64,000 bases of DNA from Eledone cirrhosa. Lineage: Eukaryota. Location: NCBI GenBank assembly GCA_964016885.1, contig OZ024747.1:44206001-44270000 (forward strand), written 5' to 3'. The notes under the pieces are model-generated. The model was not told the origin of the DNA, did not search any database, and saw only the letters and a list, made by a program, of their open reading frames with translations. This document shows, in pieces, positions 57,288-64,000 of the stretch. Every line of letters starts with the position of its first letter. The stretch's first letter is position 1. Both the position numbers and the translations under genes were made by a program.

Positions 57288-57926
57288 TCATCATCATTTA
57301 ACGTCCATCTTCCACGCTAGCATGGATTAGACGGTTTTGTTCCATTTGATGCGGGAATGGTCGGGAGACTGTCTCGCTCGTACAGAAGTGTATCTGGCAG
57401 GTTTTTTACAGCTGGATGCCCTCCCTAACACCAACCACATTTACAGTGTGGACTATATATATGAAAGTGCATGGCTTAGTGGTTAGAGCGTTGGTCTTAC
57501 AATCCTGAGGTTGTGAGTCTGATTCTCAGAGCAGGGTTTGTGTTGTGTTCTTGAGCAAAACACTTTATTTCACGATGCTCCAGTTCACATGGCTGTAGAA
57601 ATAAATTTACTCAGCTATGGGTAAATAGCCTCACCAACCCGTAATTGACCAAGTATGGTGAGTACAGCTATACCCGTGTTCTTCCAGTAGGAGTGAAAAG
57701 GCCCTCTATTGAATATATATATATTTTCAATCCAGGGTCTTTTCATATACGTATATAAAGCACCAGTGAATTATCCAATACAATAAACTATGTTAATGGT
57801 TAATGCAGCTCATAAGAAATAATTGAGACTCAACAATACAGCAATTTTACACTAATTGATTAGATTAAATTTGTGTAAAGCAAGAAAAGTTGGGTAAAGA
57901 ATTAATGATATAGTTAAGAATTTTAC

Positions 57927-57974
57927 CTGATAAAACAGATAAACTGCTTGTTCTGGATGGATGAAGATTTGCGC
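57927..57974 (-). other. Candidate 48-nt upstream exon of the HP1-like gene
   Basis: Polypyrimidine tract + cacAG acceptor, CAG|GTAAAA donor, open in all three frames; no homology evidence. Confidence 0.25.
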
Positions 57975-60900
57975 CTGTGTAGATAAAAAAAAAAGGAAAA
58001 TTAAATAAAACAGTAGAAAACAGATTTCATCAAGTTAAAAGGGAAATACTCACACACGTGCATCCAGTACACTTTGTAAGGTTGTTGATGATAGGAAGAA
58101 CATCTATTCATAGAAAACCTCTTCATAAACAGTTAACTTAAATAATTGACGTTAAGATGCTAATATGGAATGATTATAAGAAAAAACATAATTGTGTGCA
58201 AAACAGCAACATATAAACAATATAAAAAACATAAAATAAACAAAAAAATAAAGAGACCAAAAACAGGACAACTTCCCCATTGTTGGTGCCATGATAAAAT
58301 GCACCTAGTAGTGCATGTGACCATATGTTGGGCCCACAACACACACAAATTAAAACATTAAAATTATAAATATTTTCTATTTTCTATTGTAACGATTTAG
58401 CAAGACTACCATTCATTGTTAACAGAGATTTAATCAAAAACTAAGTAGCCATGTTCCCCCGATACAACATTTGCTAATAACTGACAGGCTCTCCTTTAAC
58501 CCTTTAGCATTCACATTTTTCTATATATACTATTATATTTTCATGGTAAAGTATGAGGTTTTGAAAGTATTTATTTTGAGAACAATACCTTAACATCAGT
58601 TTGAGTGACCAGTTACAGCCAGTTTCAACAGAAAGAGGTAGAGAATTCTGGCCAGTTTTGAACATTAAAGGCTTAAATATAGTTAGGCTGTAAGGTAACA
58701 TCAGAATATGAAGATAACATTGCTAGCAAAATGTCAGCTATCTTCACTAACCAGTATGTTGGTAGGTAGAACATTGTTGGTCCCAATGACAGGTATTCCT
58801 GTTTAATCAATAGTACGGCTTGATCCTAAAATTAGCAGGCAAGTGGCAGAGCATCCCACAAACGCGTACCCTTAACCCTTTAGCAATTAAATCAGCCGTA
58901 TCCAGCCAGAACTCTCTTAACTCTCTCTATTCGAACTGGCTACTCATACTGATGTTAAAGTATTGTTCTCAAAATAAATAATATCAAAATCTCATAGATT
59001 TGATATTATGTGAAGTAGAGCCTTCACCACGAAAATACAATAGTATATATAAAGTAATGTAAATGCTAACGGGTTAAAGTAATTCTCAGGGTAATTCAGT
59101 GTGACAAAGCTGGCCCTTTGAATTACAGGCACGACTTATTTTTGCCAGCTGAATGAACTAGAGCAATATGAAATAAAGTGCTCAAGGACATAATGGATGA
59201 CAGGGAATCAAATATGACCTCACTATCAGGAGCCAAACACCCTAACCAGCACGTATCAAGCAGTTAGTAGATACATATTTGTATCTTTTGTCATAGTAAA
59301 ATTATGTAGAATTATGAAAGAACAGTAACATTCTATGCTAGAGAGCTCTTCACAACCTGTAATGATTTAGTAGAAAGTATCTAGAAATGGGTTTGTTAAT
59401 CCAAATGTTTATAATATCTTAACTAATGGAAAGATTGTTGATAAAATTTGCAGTATTAGGATAAAGACTAAAATGTTTAATGTGATGCAGTCATGGTGCT
59501 GAATCATACAAAAGAATATCTTGTTAATGCAGTTTTATGCAGTACATGTTGGTGGGAGGGAGCTACTTTTCTGTACAAAATGCAATAAAAATAAACAAAT
59601 GTCTTTATCCATCCAATTATAATCCTTACGGATTTTGGCACTGTACATAATGATGATGATAGATGTGGATTTAGTCACAGTTAAATACTATCTGAGTGTT
59701 GAACTTGCTACCTGAAGATTACTAGCAGCGTAAACTAATAATAGAATATCAATTCCAAATGAAAGTACAAATTGCAATTCTATTTCTTTTTTGTTTTTCT
59801 TTTGCTGACAAGACAACAATGAGAGGGAGGTGGTGGTGGTGGTGGCAGTTCCTTGATTTGATATTAAAAATGGGTGGAAAACTACAAGTTAAAAATAAAA
59901 ATAAATAAATAAAAATTAGCTAATCTATTTGAATCAATTTAAATTAATAAATCATACTTTTTCTCTTTTATTATGATCCCCTACCCCCCTCGTACGCTGT
60001 ATGTGGCTTTATTTTGCTGTCTTAAAAAGTGCCAAGCTAAGAAAATACCATCTGACAGGCATTATCTTGGAACAGTGATAGATTAGGCAGCAAAGATTAT
60101 CAGAATAGTCACTATTAAAAGACTTTGCCCACAAAATGACACTTCCTTGATGTCATTCATCAATTAGTAATGGCAAAGCTGAAAGACACAACAAACAAAC
60201 AGATCACCAGGGATCAAATATCACAGTTAATGTTACACATCAAGGGGTCATCGAAATAAATCCTAAGTTAAGAATCAATGAATTCTTTTTTTTTTTTTTT
60301 TGTTTTATTACCTGCAATTTTTTTTACACTTATTATTATTTTAAGTAGAGAGAGAAAGAGAGAAAGAAGAGAATAAGTGGGGCAGGCTTGAAAACTATGA
60401 ATTATAAAGATGGTGTGGGATGGGGTAGGTGCTTAATTAAACTATCATTGTTTTGATAGAATTTCTACATAGCCAACTGAAGTTTGCTCATCAGAGTGAC
60501 AAATGACTTCCAGGTTGAGAGTTTATCCAGCTTGACAAGTTAACCTTAAAGTTATAATTGGAAAATTATATACATAGTTCTACACACAGACGTTATATAA
60601 AATTAAAAACAACAATCTTTAAAGATTTTATTTGGTCTTTAGGTGACAAATGGGACAAATAGAAATTGAAAATATTAGATTTTTATAATGACTTATTCCT
60701 CAAGATTGGTGTGGATTTATATCAATCATTCAATCTTCAAAATTAATGCCTGTTAAAGACAGCTAAACAATTTCAATGTGTGGCTATGTGCGTATATGAG
60801 TTGGTTTTCTTGTTTCTTTTTTTATGCCTTTTTATGTTTTTTCTTACTTTAATGAATATTTTTTATTACCATTTGATTCTCATCTCTTTCTACCCCCACC

Positions 60901-63256
60901 CTGCCATCACTTGAACTGACATCTTGAAAGATAACAGTCAAGTGATGATAAGTCAAAGGAACTTTAGTGTAATTGTGTTGTTGGTATAATGAATACAAAC
61001 CAACCATTAAAACATTGAATGATTAACAGAAAGACTAACAGAAAAGAAACTGAAAAACCTCAATAGTCAGCACATTTGACAAACAGCTAGGCCAACTTAA
61101 ATAAATAACTGATGTCTAAGATGCTCTGTTTTATACAAAAAGTCGCTAATATGAAATGATTATAGGAAAAAAATAAAATTGGGTGCAAAATAACATAACT
61201 AAAAGCATAAAAATAAGGAAACCAAATACGATTTAAGTAAAAGATAAGAAAGAATTGCTGTAAAATACTCTATATTCTTTATCGAAGATACAATTATAAT
61301 ATTGAAATACTGAAAAATGTAAATAGAAAGATATTTACTTGTTGACAAAAAACAGTAAAGCACAGATCAAAATATCTTGCAGTATTCAATTTCAAACTTT
61401 TTTTATGTTGGCAGAGTTGTTAGAGCATCAGATAAAATGTTGTACAGTATTTGTTCAAGCTATCTGCATTGTCAGTTCAAATACTGCACAGGTCAACTTT
61501 TCTTTTCATTCTTTTGGAAGTTGATGAGTGGAGTACCAATCAAGAGGGTAGGATTGACAGAATAGTTAGTCTGAAGTTACGCTAGACTATTTTTTCCACC
61601 TCATTGAAATTCTGAACTCGAATCCTCTGCCAACGGTCAAGTTTAATCAACTGACCATGGGACCAGAATTAATTATGAAAGCTAGAGTGTGAATAGATGA
61701 GGGATGTGGCCTTATGCTAAAAGCAGCTTGACATTTTCAATTCAGCCTTGACACCTTTTATTCTTCTAGGGCTGATAAATTGAAGTTTTAATAATCCAGC
61801 ATTGCAGACAAATCAACCAGTATTTAATTTTTCTTCTTTTTTTTAACCTATTAGCATTTAAACTCGCTGTATCCAGCCAGAACTCTCACTTCTTTCTGTT
61901 CAAACCGACTGTAACCGATTGCTCATACCTACATTAAGGTATTGTTTTCAAAATAAATAACATCAAAATCTCATAGATTTGATATTACATGAGATAATTA
62001 TGTAAGATAAAGCCTTTACTATGAAAATACAATAGTAAATATAGAATAATGTAATTGCTAAAGGGTTAAAGATAAGTGGTAGGCAGAATTGGTTTACATC
62101 CGAGTTCAAATACTGGTGAGGTCGACAGTCATCTATCTGGGGGTTGATAAAACTACGCACCAGTAGAGTACTAGAATTAATTATCAAGTCAATTTCATTT
62201 ATTGATTTCTATTTGTTAAGCTGATAATTAATGGAACATAAATGTACAGGAAATGAAAGTAAACATAGACAGGCAAACACAAACAAATATATATATTATA
62301 TATATATATTCACAACAGGCTTTTCCAGTTTCTGTCTATCAAATTTCACCCACAAGGTATGAGTTAATTCCAGGCTATAGTAAAAGACACTTGCTTAAAG
62401 TGCCACAGATTGGGACTGAACTGTAAACCATGTGAAGTGACATCCTTAACCACACTGCCAATCTTATATTAGATTTTATATTACCTTTGAAGCTAGAAAT
62501 GATCCATTATTATTGTGAATAGAAATAACAACAGAGATTATGAAATAAGTACTTCATGGGTAGGAGTGGACACCACACACACACCTAACCTACCGACAGT
62601 AAAAGAAACCTCAATGACTCAATAGACTGCGGCACATGATGTGAAATAACTGGATTAACTCTTTTGTGCTACATATCTCATGAAAAATGTTGTTCATGGT
62701 TTTCAATAAATTTTGTAATTAATCCAAATATTTAGAGGAACCTAGTAAAATAATACATGTTGCCATTATTAACCTGATGCTTGAAATATAACTACAAAAC
62801 TACCCTCCCCCCCACACACATACACATACAAATAAAACTAGATTCTTAACAAAAATATGTGGGAAAGATCCGATCAAAATAGGAACATCAAAATGAGAGG
62901 ATTTTGTATCATAGAAACAGGGGTTGCCTGAAGTGGGTTAATATGAAAAAGAAAGAAGGAAACCAAGAATGAGCGAAGAACATGACAGTAAATATCATAC
63001 TAACTGTTAAACACTCAATATCAAGTATAAAAAAAAAAATTAAAAAAATGTTAATGAGGGTTTTATTCTATGGTCATTGAAAACTACCCCCTGATAAATA
63101 GAGGTTTCAGGGAAAGAAAATGAAAAGTAGTAAGACTAACAAAAAGAACTATATTATAAAAAGCTATGCAAGTAAAACTTCCCAATGGAAAGAAAGAAAA
63201 AAAAAAAAACAGTGGACCAATTTAAAGATCACACTAACACAGTGCGTTTGTTTGTT

Positions 63257-63300
<44 letters not shown>

Positions 63301-64000
63301 CATATATGTATATATATAAAGCAGCTTCAGTTGACAGCTTGGCAATGTGCCCATGTTAAAGGGGGAGCTGCTGCTATTTGCCTCTATTGCAGTGAATTGC
63401 CAAAAAGGGCTTCTCTCTGGGTGTTCACGCTGAATCATTTCTCAAACCAGTTCTCCAATACAAAAACCAACAGACAAGACATTTTCTCCAACTGAGGTAT
63501 TTGTTAGCCATTGATGCCAGCCAACCAGCCTATTTTTTTTTTCTTCTCTTCCTGCAGCTGTCAATCTGAAGCCAATGACCTTACATTTTTCAATCTAAAC
63601 ACCTGAATGTGAACACATCTGACACCATTAGAAGGCCATCTCAGTCATGAAAATTCATCTATACACTCAGTGAAGAAGTTGTCAATATGAAGTGGTAATA
63701 AATAGTAATAACATTAATAATAACCTGTGATTCAGACCAACAGAAATCGGCATTGACACCTTTTCTAAGGAAGTGCACAATGCAAAACGAAAGATGTATT
63801 TAAATGTATACATATATACATTTATGCGTGTGTACACCAGTCAAATCATGTCAGAGATAAAACTACTCTATAATGTAGAATACTAAAGAAATACAAATAC
63901 ACACACACACACACACAGACAGACACGTGTGAAAGTATACATGCATATAGAAACAAATTACTACCACAACACTAGAAAATGTGTTAAGGAAATCAAAGTA

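Noticed and set aside
63535-63700. Strong plus-strand splice acceptor (ttcttctcttcctgcag)
   Set aside because: All three downstream frames hit early stops; no donor or homology support

Overview
This is an AT-rich, microsatellite-dense animal genomic window, most consistent with a cephalopod (octopus-like SINEs, RTE LINEs, long (TA)n tracts); the species call is inference. Almost all listed ORFs are microsatellite or SINE artefacts. About 4.0-28.6 kb is an amplified block: five head-to-tail copies of a ~2.9-4.6 kb composite unit plus inverted partial copies at both ends, bracketed by hAT-type terminal inverted repeats with a degenerate 8-bp target duplication. The most striking signal is a set of unrelated short elements in (TA)n tracts that share a type-I hammerhead-ribozyme (HHR) architecture: core, stem II, GAAA, a 2-bp stem III with a (near-)palindromic loop, NUH, stem I, then a poly(A) signal. 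Several occur as long fold-back palindromes, which fits Penelope-like-element (PLE) or retrozyme derivatives. 29-64 kb holds decayed LINE fragments (Tx1/L1, RTE, Penelope GIY-YIG), MITEs (piggyBac, Tc1/mariner, hAT) and SINEs. It also holds a candidate promoter near 38.2 kb and one clear host exon on the minus strand encoding an HP1/CBX-type chromo shadow domain (44201-44430). All structures were read by eye; nothing was computed or searched.
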